Shown here in pieces: positions 26,083 through 34,269 of a stretch of 35,059 nt of DNA. This DNA comes from Dehalococcoidia bacterium (GTDB lineage Bacteria > Chloroflexota > Dehalococcoidia > Lucifugimonadales > UBA3495): the NCBI GenBank assembly GCA_035714945.1, contig DASTLM010000374.1, forward strand, positions 1 through 35,059, read 5' to 3'. The number at the start of each line of letters is the position of its first letter. Position 1 is the stretch's first letter. The position numbers and the translations under genes were made by a program. Below the pieces are notes generated by a model that searched no databases, was not told the origin of the DNA, and worked only from the letters and a program-made list of their open reading frames with translations.

Positions 26083-26889
26083 CTAAATTGGCGATGTTGG
26101 CGATGTTGGCGATGTCAAGGAAGGTTTTCCCGGTTTATAGTCTTCGGCCTCCAGCTTCAGGGCCTGGTCCAGACCTGGCCAGGCGCCACCTTCGGGCGAT
26201 CGTTGCTGCCAGTTATCGAAGTGCAACAGCTCCTCCAGGGGTATCCGCTGGCGCCAACCCACCGACTCCAGTAATGGCCGGTCTTGAAACTCCACCGGGT
26301 AGCCCAGGCAGAGATAAGCTACCGGCACGATATGGGCTGGTATCCCCAGTAGTTTTCGCAGTTGGGGGAGCTTCAGAATGCTGACCCAGCCTACTCCTAT
26401 ACCCTCACTGCGAGCCGCCAGCCACAGGTTCTCCACCGCGCAGCAAGTGGAATAGATGTCGGTTTCCGGGATGGCGTTCCGTCCCAGCACCACATCACCC
26501 CGGGTCGGGTCGCAGGTGACGCAAAGGTTAATTGGCGACTCCAGAATGCCTTCCAGCTTGAGGGAAAGGTATTGAGAGCGGCGGGGTTCGTCGAAGAAGC
26601 AGGAGGCAGCTTCGCGTTCCCTCAGGAAAAGTTTCTGCACTTCCTGCCGCACCGGCACATCCCGGACCAGCAGAAAGTCCCAGGGCTGCATAAAGCCCAC
26701 CGAGGGTCCGTGATGAGCGGCCTGGACGATCCGGGCCAGAGCCGCATCCGGTATCGGGTCAGATCGAAAATGCCGGATGTCCCGCCGGGAACGGATGCTG
26801 CGGTAGACGGCATTCCTTTCAAACTCGGTAAAGTCAGACTCGGTAAAGGCCCGCGAATTTACGGTCTCCCGGGTAAGCCAACGATCCAT
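26083..26889 (-). CDS. bluB: 5,6-dimethylbenzimidazole synthase BluB-like nitroreductase-fold protein
   Basis: IRSRRDIRHFRSDPIP, AAHHGPSVGFMQPWDF and its position directly downstream of a cobalamin riboswitch. It carries a C-terminal extension of about 45 aa. Confidence 0.85.
   Translation of the reverse strand: MDRWLTRETVNSRAFTESDFTEFERNAVYRSIRSRRDIRHFRSDPIPDAALARIVQAAHHGPSVGFMQPWDFLLVRDVPVRQEVQKLFLREREAASCFFDEPRRSQYLSLKLEGILESPINLCVTCDPTRGDVVLGRNAIPETDIYSTCCAVENLWLAARSEGIGVGWVSILKLPQLRKLLGIPAHIVPVAYLCLGYPVEFQDRPLLESVGWRQRIPLEELLHFDNWQQRSPEGGAWPGLDQALKLEAEDYKPGKPSLTSPTSPTSPI
26088..26115 (-). repeat. 9-nt tandem repeat x3 encoding (TSP)3 at the extreme C-terminus of BluB
   Basis: ttggcgatg x3 on the plus strand. 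The translation is LTSPTSPTSPI-stop. Confidence 0.95.
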
Positions 26890-26909
26890 TCTCTTTCCCC
26901 AATAACGAA

Positions 26910-26936
26910 AGCCCCCGTCTTTGCCGGACAGGGGCT
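26910..26936 (-). terminator. terminator-like hairpin in the riboswitch expression platform
   Basis: On the minus strand AGCCCCTGTC-CGGCAAA-GACGGGGGCT forms a 10-bp stem and is followed by TTCGTTATT, about 20 nt before the bluB ATG. Confidence 0.5.
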
Positions 26937-27001
26937 AGAATTCTAACTCAACTGCCCGCTTGATCCACGAAACGGACCGTGCCCGCCGTTTTTGCACCGG
27001 A

Positions 27002-27180
27002 GTGCCCCAGCGGGTCTTCTGCGTGGCAGGTCTCCTGACTTGTGGATCATCGCCCCACCGACGCCTTCCCGTCCAGAGACAGTGGCTGCTCGCGCCGTCG
27101 GTTGGCTCCCCACTCACAGTGACGGGCCCGTTCCGGAGTCGCACCGGATTCCCTATTCTCCCCTTTGCCGGGGCACCACG
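27002..27180 (-). promoter_or_regulatory. cobalamin (B12) riboswitch
   Basis: The minus strand contains the B12 box AGTCAGGAGACCTGCC (27025-27040) and the conserved core AATAGGGAATCCGGTGCGACTCCGGAAC..CCCGTCACTGTGA. P1 can form between GTGCCCC and GGGGCAC. Confidence 0.85.
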
Positions 27181-27246
27181 CGCTATTCTGTTTCCGACGC
27201 TAGATTAACACCGGGCTGCTGACGGGTCAATAGCCGCCAGTGCCTT

Positions 27247-27280
27247 CAGAATGTTCTTACAGGCAGGATGTTCTTACAGC
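27247..27280 (+). repeat. 17-nt tandem duplication (cagaatgttcttacagg / caggatgttcttacagc)
   Basis: Direct reading. It lies in the long intergenic leader upstream of the GMC oxidoreductase. Confidence 0.9.
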
Positions 27281-27518
27281 GAGGGTGAAGCCCAACCGCA
27301 CACCATTGGAAGGGCATTTGCACCAGGCATCGTCAACCCGGGCGCACCAGGAAATTGCCAAAGACCTGGCGGGATGGCAATATGGGTGCAATCGATTTCG
27401 GGAGCCTTCAGATGCGGAGACTGGAAAGCCGGGATCAATGGGCCAGAAATAAATTAATATCAGGTAAACTGGTAGCCTCCCGGTCCCGGCGGAAATCATC
27501 TGGCGAGTCATCGCAGGA

Positions 27519-27560
27519 TTCGAGGAGGGAAATTCGAGGAGGGAAATTCGAGGAGGGTAA
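27519..27560 (+). repeat. 14-nt tandem repeat x3 (ttcgaggagggaaa), each unit carrying GAGGAGGG, ending 4 nt before the GTG start
   Basis: Two perfect copies plus ttcgaggagggtaa, followed by ttta GTG (27565). Confidence 0.95.
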
Positions 27561-27564
27561 TTTA

Positions 27565-29115
27565 GTGAAGTACGACTACATCATCATCGGCGGGGGTTCC
27601 GCCGGCTGTGTGCTGGCCAACCGGCTCAGCGAAGACCGTGACAAAACGGTGCTGCTTTTGGAAGCCGGGCCCGACTACCCCAACTTCGAGCACCTGCCCA
27701 TCGACCTGAAAGACGGTTATAACGTGTGGCGTTCGGCTTACGGAGACCATAACTGGGGTTACACCGCCACCGCCACGCCCATGCAGCCGGAACTCATCCA
27801 GATTCCCCGAGGTCGGGCCACCGGCGGTTCCAGCGCCATTAATGGGCAGGTGTTGTTTCGGGGGGTGCCCGAAGACTACGACAACTGGGCCGCTTGGGGA
27901 AACGACGAATGGGCCTTCACCAGCGTTTTACCCTATTTTCGGAAGCTGGAAAACGACCTGGATTTCCCTGGCGGTGACTTCCACGGCAACGAAGGGCCGA
28001 TACCGGTGCGGCGGTTTAAACGCCAGGAATTGATGCCCACATCAGCGGCCTTTTACGACGCCTGCGTCGCCCTGGGATTTCCCCAGGACCCGGACCAGAA
28101 CCACCCGGATTCGGACGGCGTCGCCTTCCGTCCATTGAACAACATCGACGGGGTGCGCATGAGTACCGCCCTGACCTATCTGAACCCGTGCCGCCACCGG
28201 ATGAACTTCATCTGCCGGGGATCGGTCACCGCCCACCGGGTCCTTTTTCAAGGCCAGCGAGCGGTAGGGGTACGGGCCGAGAGCGGCGGCGAGACTTTCA
28301 CCGTTGAGGGCGAGCAGATAATCGTCAGCAGCGGGGCCATCGCCTCGCCCCAGGTGTTGATGCTGTCCGGGGTCGGCCCGGCCCGGCACCTTCAGGGCCT
28401 GGGGATACCCGTGGTCCATGACCTGCCCGGTGTTGGCGAGAACCTGCGGGACCATCCGGCGGTGTTCACTCTTTTTCGCGGCCTCGGCGATCCGCCGCCG
28501 GCCTCGGCGCCCAGCATCCAGGTCGGCCTGCGCTACAGTCCAGCCACTTCCCGCACCCGCGCCGACATCCAGGTCAGTCCCATTCTGATGACCAGCGAAC
28601 ACCGTCCGGCCAGCGTTCGTATTGAGACCGATGATTTTCACTTCGGTTTCAGTGCCGCTTTGCAGAACGCCACCACCGCCGGCCGACTTAGATTGGCCTC
28701 CGCCGACCCCCGAGTCCAGCCGGAGCTTGACTACGATTATCTGTCCGACCCTGGCGACCGCGAACGGATGCGGGATGCCGTGCGTTTGGGTATCCGATTG
28801 GCCGATCACCCGGGGTTCAAGGATATTATCGCTGAGCGGTTGAATCCCACCGATGATGACCTGGCCTCCGAGGGAGCTTTGGACAACTGGCTGCTGCGGA
28901 ACGCCTACACCCAGCATCACTCCTCGGGCACCTGCAAGATGGGGCCAGCCGAGGACCAGATGGCGGTGGTTGACCAGTACTGCCGGGTATACGGCCTGGA
29001 AAATCTGCGGGTGGTGGACGCCTCGGTGATGCCCGACGTGATTCGGGCCAACACCAACGCCACCACCATCATGATTGCCGAGCGGGTGGCCGACTGGATA
29101 CGGCAGGGCAGGTAG
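27565..29115 (+). CDS. GMC-family FAD oxidoreductase (choline dehydrogenase-like)
   Basis: YDYIIIGGGSAGCVLANRLSED (FAD motif) and C-terminal HHSSGTCKMG..VVDASVMP. The GTG at 27565 is preceded by an SD. The extension back to 27355 is rejected. Confidence 0.9.
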   Translation: MKYDYIIIGGGSAGCVLANRLSEDRDKTVLLLEAGPDYPNFEHLPIDLKDGYNVWRSAYGDHNWGYTATATPMQPELIQIPRGRATGGSSAINGQVLFRGVPEDYDNWAAWGNDEWAFTSVLPYFRKLENDLDFPGGDFHGNEGPIPVRRFKRQELMPTSAAFYDACVALGFPQDPDQNHPDSDGVAFRPLNNIDGVRMSTALTYLNPCRHRMNFICRGSVTAHRVLFQGQRAVGVRAESGGETFTVEGEQIIVSSGAIASPQVLMLSGVGPARHLQGLGIPVVHDLPGVGENLRDHPAVFTLFRGLGDPPPASAPSIQVGLRYSPATSRTRADIQVSPILMTSEHRPASVRIETDDFHFGFSAALQNATTAGRLRLASADPRVQPELDYDYLSDPGDRERMRDAVRLGIRLADHPGFKDIIAERLNPTDDDLASEGALDNWLLRNAYTQHHSSGTCKMGPAEDQMAVVDQYCRVYGLENLRVVDASVMPDVIRANTNATTIMIAERVADWIRQGR

Positions 29116-29182
29116 CGTACCCAACCTGGGACTCAGCCGCTAGAATTATAATTCGACTCCCCTGATTTAAGGACGGTGTTTC

Positions 29183-30598
29183 ATGTCGAGCAACAACATA
29201 AGAATTGAGCGCGATTCCATGGGCGAGATGGAGGTCCCCGCCGGCGCCCTATACGGGGCCTCCACCATGCGGGCAGTGCTCAATTTTCCCATCAGCGATT
29301 TGCGCTTTCCCCGGACCTTCATCCGGGCGCTGGGTCTGGTCAAGCAGGCCGCCGCCAGGACCAACATGGACCTGGGGGTGCTGGACCAGAAAATTGGCAA
29401 CGCCGTGGTAGTTGCTGCTCAGGAGGTGATTGACGGAAGGCATGACCACCACTTCGTCCTGGATATCTTCCAGACTGGGTCCGGTACATCCACCAACACC
29501 AACGCCAACGAGGTCATCGCCAACCTGGCCTCCCGAGTCCTGGGCGGCGATCTGAGTTCGCGGATCGTGCATCCCAATGACCACGTCAACCTGGGTCAGT
29601 CCTCCAACGACGTTATCCCCAGCGCCATTCACCTGGCGGCTCTCATCGCCCTTCGAGAAGACTTGATCCCGGCCCTGCAAAACCTCCAGGGAGAACTGAA
29701 GAAGAAGTCCGACGAATTCTGGCCGGTGATCAAGACCGGACGCACTCACCTCCAGGACGCTACTCCGATCCGCCTGGGCCAGGAGTTCCTCGGATTTGCC
29801 GGGCAGACCGAGTACGGCATACGCCGTTTACAACGGGCTCAGGAGGCTTTGGCCGAAGTGGCCCTGGGGGGCACCGCGGTGGGAACCGGCGTTAACACCC
29901 ACCCGGAATTCTCGCAACGCACCTGTCAGGCCCTTTCGGATTCCACCGGGGTGCAGATTCGCGAAACCGGCAACCATTTTCAGGCCCAGTCCTCCCTGGA
30001 CTCGGTGGTGGAGGCCAGCGGCCAGCTAAAAACCATTGCGATCAGCCTGCACAAGATCGCCAACGACATCCGGTTTTTGGGTTGCGGTCCCAGGGCGGGA
30101 ATCGGCGAGATTGTCCTTCCTGAAGTCCAGCCCGGCAGTTCCATAATGCCGGGTAAGATTAACCCGGTTATCGCCGAGTCAATGATTCAGGTGGCGGCCC
30201 AGGTAGTCGGGAACGACGCTACGGTGGCTCTCGCCGGCCAGGGGGGATACTTTGAGTTGAACACCATGATGCCCGTGGCGGCCTACAATCTCCTGCAGTC
30301 TATTTCCCTACTGGCGGCCTCGGCCAACAATTTCGCCCGCCAGTGCGTCTCCGGTATCCAGGCCACCCAGGTCGGCCCCCAGATGGTGGAGCGGGGTCTG
30401 ATGCTGGGTACCGCCCTTACGCCAGCCATCGGCTACGATGCCGCCGCCGCCATCGCCAAGCAGGCCTCGGCCACCGGGAGGACCATCCGTGAGGTTGCTC
30501 GGGAGGAAACGGACCTGTCCGACCAGGAACTGGAAGAGTTGCTCAATCCGGCCGAAATGACCCGGCCCAGCCTGGAAGTTCGGGGCGGCGGTGGTTAG
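29183..30598 (+). CDS. fumC: class II fumarate hydratase (fumarase/aspartase superfamily)
   Basis: GSSIMPGKINP signature, QTGSGTSTNTNANEV, GRTHLQDATP and LGGTAVGTG match FumC better than AspA. Aspartase is not excluded. Confidence 0.8.
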   Translation: MSSNNIRIERDSMGEMEVPAGALYGASTMRAVLNFPISDLRFPRTFIRALGLVKQAAARTNMDLGVLDQKIGNAVVVAAQEVIDGRHDHHFVLDIFQTGSGTSTNTNANEVIANLASRVLGGDLSSRIVHPNDHVNLGQSSNDVIPSAIHLAALIALREDLIPALQNLQGELKKKSDEFWPVIKTGRTHLQDATPIRLGQEFLGFAGQTEYGIRRLQRAQEALAEVALGGTAVGTGVNTHPEFSQRTCQALSDSTGVQIRETGNHFQAQSSLDSVVEASGQLKTIAISLHKIANDIRFLGCGPRAGIGEIVLPEVQPGSSIMPGKINPVIAESMIQVAAQVVGNDATVALAGQGGYFELNTMMPVAAYNLLQSISLLAASANNFARQCVSGIQATQVGPQMVERGLMLGTALTPAIGYDAAAAIAKQASATGRTIREVAREETDLSDQELEELLNPAEMTRPSLEVRGGGG

Positions 30599-30854
30599 CC
30601 CCTGGCCGGACGACAACTCGGCCAACAAATTCCCGGTCTCGGTCAAAGGAGTGGTGTTCCTGGACGGCAAAGTGACCCTGCTGCTCAGAGATTGTGTGGC
30701 GGAGTTTGAGCGGCGCGTCGACGGATTATTGGACTACGAAGCAACCTGTCCTCCGGCCACCATGGGGGAACTGGAGGCGGAAGCCCCTCGGCTGGGCCGG
30801 GACTGTTTCGCCCCAGTCCTGGAGGGCTGCTGCAGTGGCGTTCCCAGGAGATAG
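30591..30854 (+). pseudogene. chimeric ORF made of gene fragments (Nudix-like N-terminal strand plus a transposase-like N-terminal piece)
   Basis: KFPVSVKGVVFLDGKVTLLL resembles the start of Nudix hydrolases and breaks off abruptly. The following AEFERRVDGLLDYE..MGELEAEAPRLGRD resembles transposase N-termini. Both similarities are weak. Confidence 0.3.
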
Positions 30855-30965
30855 CAAGGGTTCCCCCGGTACCAGTGTGGTCAGGAGTGTCAGTCACAGA
30901 TGCCCCCGGTAGCTGCCCTGGTGTTGGCTCCACACCTCAAATGTGCGAAGTACGGCCGGTAGTCG

Positions 30966-32276
30966 TTACGTACGAGAGCCTGTGCCGGAAGTGTTGGGTC
31001 TGAAGACGGTTATAGCCAGCCGGTACATTTCCCCGATGCGGCCCCGGTCGGCAATCAACAACGCTATTACCAGTCCGAGAAAGATGAAAGAGAATATTCG
31101 CCGGGCTTCTGGCTCTACAAAAAAGAGGTGGGCGATAAATATTCCTAGTAATGCCAAAGCCCCATACCAGGGAATCCGCAGCCGTGCCATCAGGACAACG
31201 GCGAACAGGGACATGGAGGAAGTAAGCAGAAATTCCACAGCCTGCTGGTGGTCCAGGGGAAAGCCGGTGGCCTGGCCAAAGGAAAGGCTGAATATGATGG
31301 GCATACACCCGATCAGCAGGGTCAACTGGTTTACCCCGGAGGAAATCAGGGTGGTCATCCCGCCAATGGCGTTTGATCGCAGAGTGAGCAGCAAGGCGAT
31401 GACCAGTTCGGGCGACTCCGATGCCAGAGGTGCTAGCCACTGGATCAAGGTAAATTCTGGAATGCCGAATTTAGCTCCAGCCTCGATCAGCCCGTCCACA
31501 AAAGGCTCGGCGGCCATCAGGATAATCAAGGCAGAGTAAAGAAACAGCGCGACGACAATGATTAGCTGGGGGTTACGCGGTAGCCTGGCGATTACCTCCG
31601 AAGGGCCAATCAAAGCCTGTTGGTGGCTTGGCATCCGAGAACTGGCCCAAAGGTAAAAAAGATACAACCCAATAAGTATGGCGGACAGGTATAGCGTCAC
31701 CTCTTGCAGGATGAACAGCAAGAAGGTGAGCAAGGTTGCCGCTGTCAGTATGGTGAACTCCAGGGAGAGCTCCAGGGGCAGCACTAACTCCCGGCGTTGC
31801 TTGATCCAGAACACCACCGCTACCATGGACCAGCCGACTCCAATGAGGAGGCGGTTGGCCCCAGTAACGTTGGCGGCCACTCGTGTAACCTCGGGAACAG
31901 CCGCGGGGTCGGCCCCCAGGGTCCAGACCTGTCCCGCATCCCAGGCCAGGACTGCCTCGACGGCGTACTCGGGCAGTATCGCGATGAGGGCCAGGATGGC
32001 GATGGCCAGGGATGCCGAGATGTGTAACTGGGCTACTTCCAGGGACCAGGAAAGGAGGAATGCCGCCCCCAAGATAGCTACGCCGCAAATCAGGGCGGTA
32101 ATCTCTGGGGAAAGGTGTACTCCAGATATGCGGAGAAATAAGCTGGGCAGCGCCACCGCCAAAGCCAGCAGGACCAGGGTCCAGGCCCGCAAGGAGGAGG
32201 TAGTAGCTGGAGCTTCCCGTGCAGAAGAGCTATGGTCCGGCACAGACGCCTCCCGATTCAACCGGTATACCAGCAT
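30966..32276 (-). CDS. CaCA-family cation exchanger (sodium/calcium or cation/proton exchanger-like membrane protein)
   Basis: About 10-11 TM helices with two alpha-repeat-like motifs (LIAILPEYAVE and LASESPELVIALL). Confidence 0.75.
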   Translation of the reverse strand: MLVYRLNREASVPDHSSSAREAPATTSSLRAWTLVLLALAVALPSLFLRISGVHLSPEITALICGVAILGAAFLLSWSLEVAQLHISASLAIAILALIAILPEYAVEAVLAWDAGQVWTLGADPAAVPEVTRVAANVTGANRLLIGVGWSMVAVVFWIKQRRELVLPLELSLEFTILTAATLLTFLLFILQEVTLYLSAILIGLYLFYLWASSRMPSHQQALIGPSEVIARLPRNPQLIIVVALFLYSALIILMAAEPFVDGLIEAGAKFGIPEFTLIQWLAPLASESPELVIALLLTLRSNAIGGMTTLISSGVNQLTLLIGCMPIIFSLSFGQATGFPLDHQQAVEFLLTSSMSLFAVVLMARLRIPWYGALALLGIFIAHLFFVEPEARRIFSFIFLGLVIALLIADRGRIGEMYRLAITVFRPNTSGTGSRT

Positions 32277-32393
32277 TGGATCTAATCAGTGAGATTTCAT
32301 CTCAGTTACCCGAGGCAAAATTTGTTCGGCCGGCAACCGTCCGTTTAGCGGCACCAGCATATTACCGATTTTTGTTCCTGACTCAGGAACATC

Positions 32394-33293
32394 CTATCGA
32401 CACCGAACAATCAGCAGGGGACTTGCTGTAGAATGAATCACTTTGTCGGTTACGCTTCCCAGCACCCAACGGGCAATTCCAGACCTCCCGTGAGTAGACA
32501 TGGCGATCAGGGCATCTGTTTGTCTCCCGCCCGCCTCGAGGATCCGGGAAGGTGGGTCTCCCTCTTCTACCGTGGAACATACCGATAGCCCCCTTTCCCT
32601 CAAGGGTCTGGCGATCCCTTCCAGGTACTCTTCTGCTTGCTTCCTCAACTCGACGTTAATGTCGCGAGGATATATTCCTCGGAGCACATCCGCCGCTTCA
32701 GGCAGTATTGGTTCGATTACCTGGAACAGTTCAACCTCGGCTTTCATCCCCTGCGCCAGGATTTCTGCCCAGGGCAGGACCTGCTCGGCTAGCTCGGAAC
32801 CATCCAGCGGCACTATGATCCGCTTGATGGCTATTTCTGCTTTAGAGATGGGCTCATCAGTAGAATGGACGATCAGCAGAGGATTGGTGGCAGTCTGAAG
32901 CACCTTGTTAGTGACGCTGCCAAATACCCACCGTCCAATGCCGGAGCGGCCGTGCGTCGACATAACGATTAAAGTACCCGGCTCGTTGGAACCCTCATCT
33001 ACTATGCATCCGGCGACGGCGCCTTCCAGGACTTTGGCTAACACCGGCATACCTTGTTCTCTGAACGACGCAGCCACCTGTTCCAGGTACTCTTGCGAGT
33101 AGGCCTCCATACTGGCCCTTGCCTGATCAGCGGGAATCCCGCGAGAGGCAGCGACGACCTTATAAGACATGGGTTCCACCACCCGGAGCAGAGTCACAGA
33201 CATCTGATCCGGCTTTGCCAGTATTTCAGCGTAGGGCAAGACTTGCTCCGCGAACTGAGACCCGTCCAGGGGAACCAGAATTCGCTTAAACAT
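32394..33293 (-). CDS. tandem universal stress protein (two UspA domains)
   Basis: Two copies of the USP pattern: MFKRILVPLDGS..STHGRSGIGRWVFGSVTNKV and KRIIVPLDGS..STHGRSGIARWVLGSVTDKV. Confidence 0.9.
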   Translation of the reverse strand: MFKRILVPLDGSQFAEQVLPYAEILAKPDQMSVTLLRVVEPMSYKVVAASRGIPADQARASMEAYSQEYLEQVAASFREQGMPVLAKVLEGAVAGCIVDEGSNEPGTLIVMSTHGRSGIGRWVFGSVTNKVLQTATNPLLIVHSTDEPISKAEIAIKRIIVPLDGSELAEQVLPWAEILAQGMKAEVELFQVIEPILPEAADVLRGIYPRDINVELRKQAEEYLEGIARPLRERGLSVCSTVEEGDPPSRILEAGGRQTDALIAMSTHGRSGIARWVLGSVTDKVIHSTASPLLIVRCR

Positions 33294-33424
33294 CTCAACA
33301 CCGTCCTGAATGACTGTCGCCCTTAATCACGTATTGGTTAGCTTATTATTAGCATTATGGGATAATAATGCAGGGATTGTGATATGCTCCAAATTGCCCG
33401 TGAATAAGTGGAGGCAGGTTAAGG

Positions 33425-34033
33425 TCAAAACGTGGCGATCCTTTTTGTGATCTGAGGTGGCGTTGCTATCCCGCCCGATAGCACCAACCTCATGGCGATG
33501 GAAACAGAAAGGTCCGTATCGTAGACCTGTTCCAGGGGCAAAATAGCCACCCATCCCGAATTTGGCGTGGGAGAGGTGGGTATATAGACCATCCCCAACA
33601 CCCTACCGTTTTCATCGATGGTAGTGCTAGTGAGGAACCCGATGGTCCAGACGCCAATCCTGGGGTATTCGATCATCACCACCCTTTTTAGTCCAGTGTT
33701 CCGCTGCCCGGAAAAAGACTCGATCAGCTCCTTTGCTGCCGAGTAGACGAAGTTTACAATGGGAAATTTCAGTAGGAATTGCTGGCCCCAGTAGACCAAC
33801 TTCCTGCCGAGGAAGTTGGCTCCCACCAGCCCCATCACATAAATCGACACCACCAGAACGGCGATTCCCAGACCTGGGATTCCCCTACCGAGAATCGGTC
33901 TGATCGCCGGCTGAAGGATTCCGTCCAGAGACTCAAAAATCAAACGCAATATCCAGTAAGTAATTACCACTGGGACCAGAATCAGGAACCCGGTAATCAG
34001 GGTATTTCGGAAATGCCGAAGAAGTCCGCTCAC
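33425..34033 (-). CDS. DUF502-family membrane protein
   Basis: LRHFRNTLITGFLILVPVVITYWIL and PTSPTPNSGW are typical of DUF502. The GTG at 34033 follows a GGAGG SD. The longest ORF starts at TTG 34069 without an SD. Confidence 0.8.
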   Translation of the reverse strand: MSGLLRHFRNTLITGFLILVPVVITYWILRLIFESLDGILQPAIRPILGRGIPGLGIAVLVVSIYVMGLVGANFLGRKLVYWGQQFLLKFPIVNFVYSAAKELIESFSGQRNTGLKRVVMIEYPRIGVWTIGFLTSTTIDENGRVLGMVYIPTSPTPNSGWVAILPLEQVYDTDLSVSIAMRLVLSGGIATPPQITKRIATF

Positions 34034-34092
34034 AAAGCCTCCACATGACGCATGGTATCCCAAGTCCAATGATTAAATGGTTAAATTATTAT

Positions 34093-34269
34093 ATGAGTCG
34101 CCAGCCAGTATTAGGCAAGCACGGTAAATATGCGCTGATTACCCATGAAGAGTTGGACCGGGCTGAGGCATGGTTTGATAAGCACGGGCAGTGGGCCGTT
34201 TTCTTTTCCCGGTTGGTGCCGGTATTGCGGACCCGGATCAGTGTGCCTGCGGGAATCTCCCGATTTGGG
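34093..34269 (+). pseudogene. internal fragment of a DedA/SNARE-associated family gene
   Basis: LGKHGKYALITHEELDRAEAWFDKHGQWAVFFSRLVPVLRTRISVPAGISRF matches the central DedA region. The N-terminal about 90 aa and the C-terminal TM part are missing. Confidence 0.55.

Noticed and set aside
26960-27222. Small plus-strand ORFs (82 and 76 aa) between bluB and the GMC gene
   Set aside because: They coincide with the minus-strand cobalamin riboswitch, so their reading frames are incidental.
28042-29124. 360-aa ORF antisense to the GMC oxidoreductase
   Set aside because: The plus-strand frame carries clear GMC FAD and active-site motifs. The antisense product is Gly/Pro/Val-rich and featureless.
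29183-30598. Calling this gene aspartate ammonia-lyase (aspA) because of the MSSNNIRIE N-terminus and the NPV in the signature
   Set aside because: QTGSGTSTN, GRTHLQDATP and LGGTAVGTG match class II fumarase better. I kept fumC and noted the caveat.
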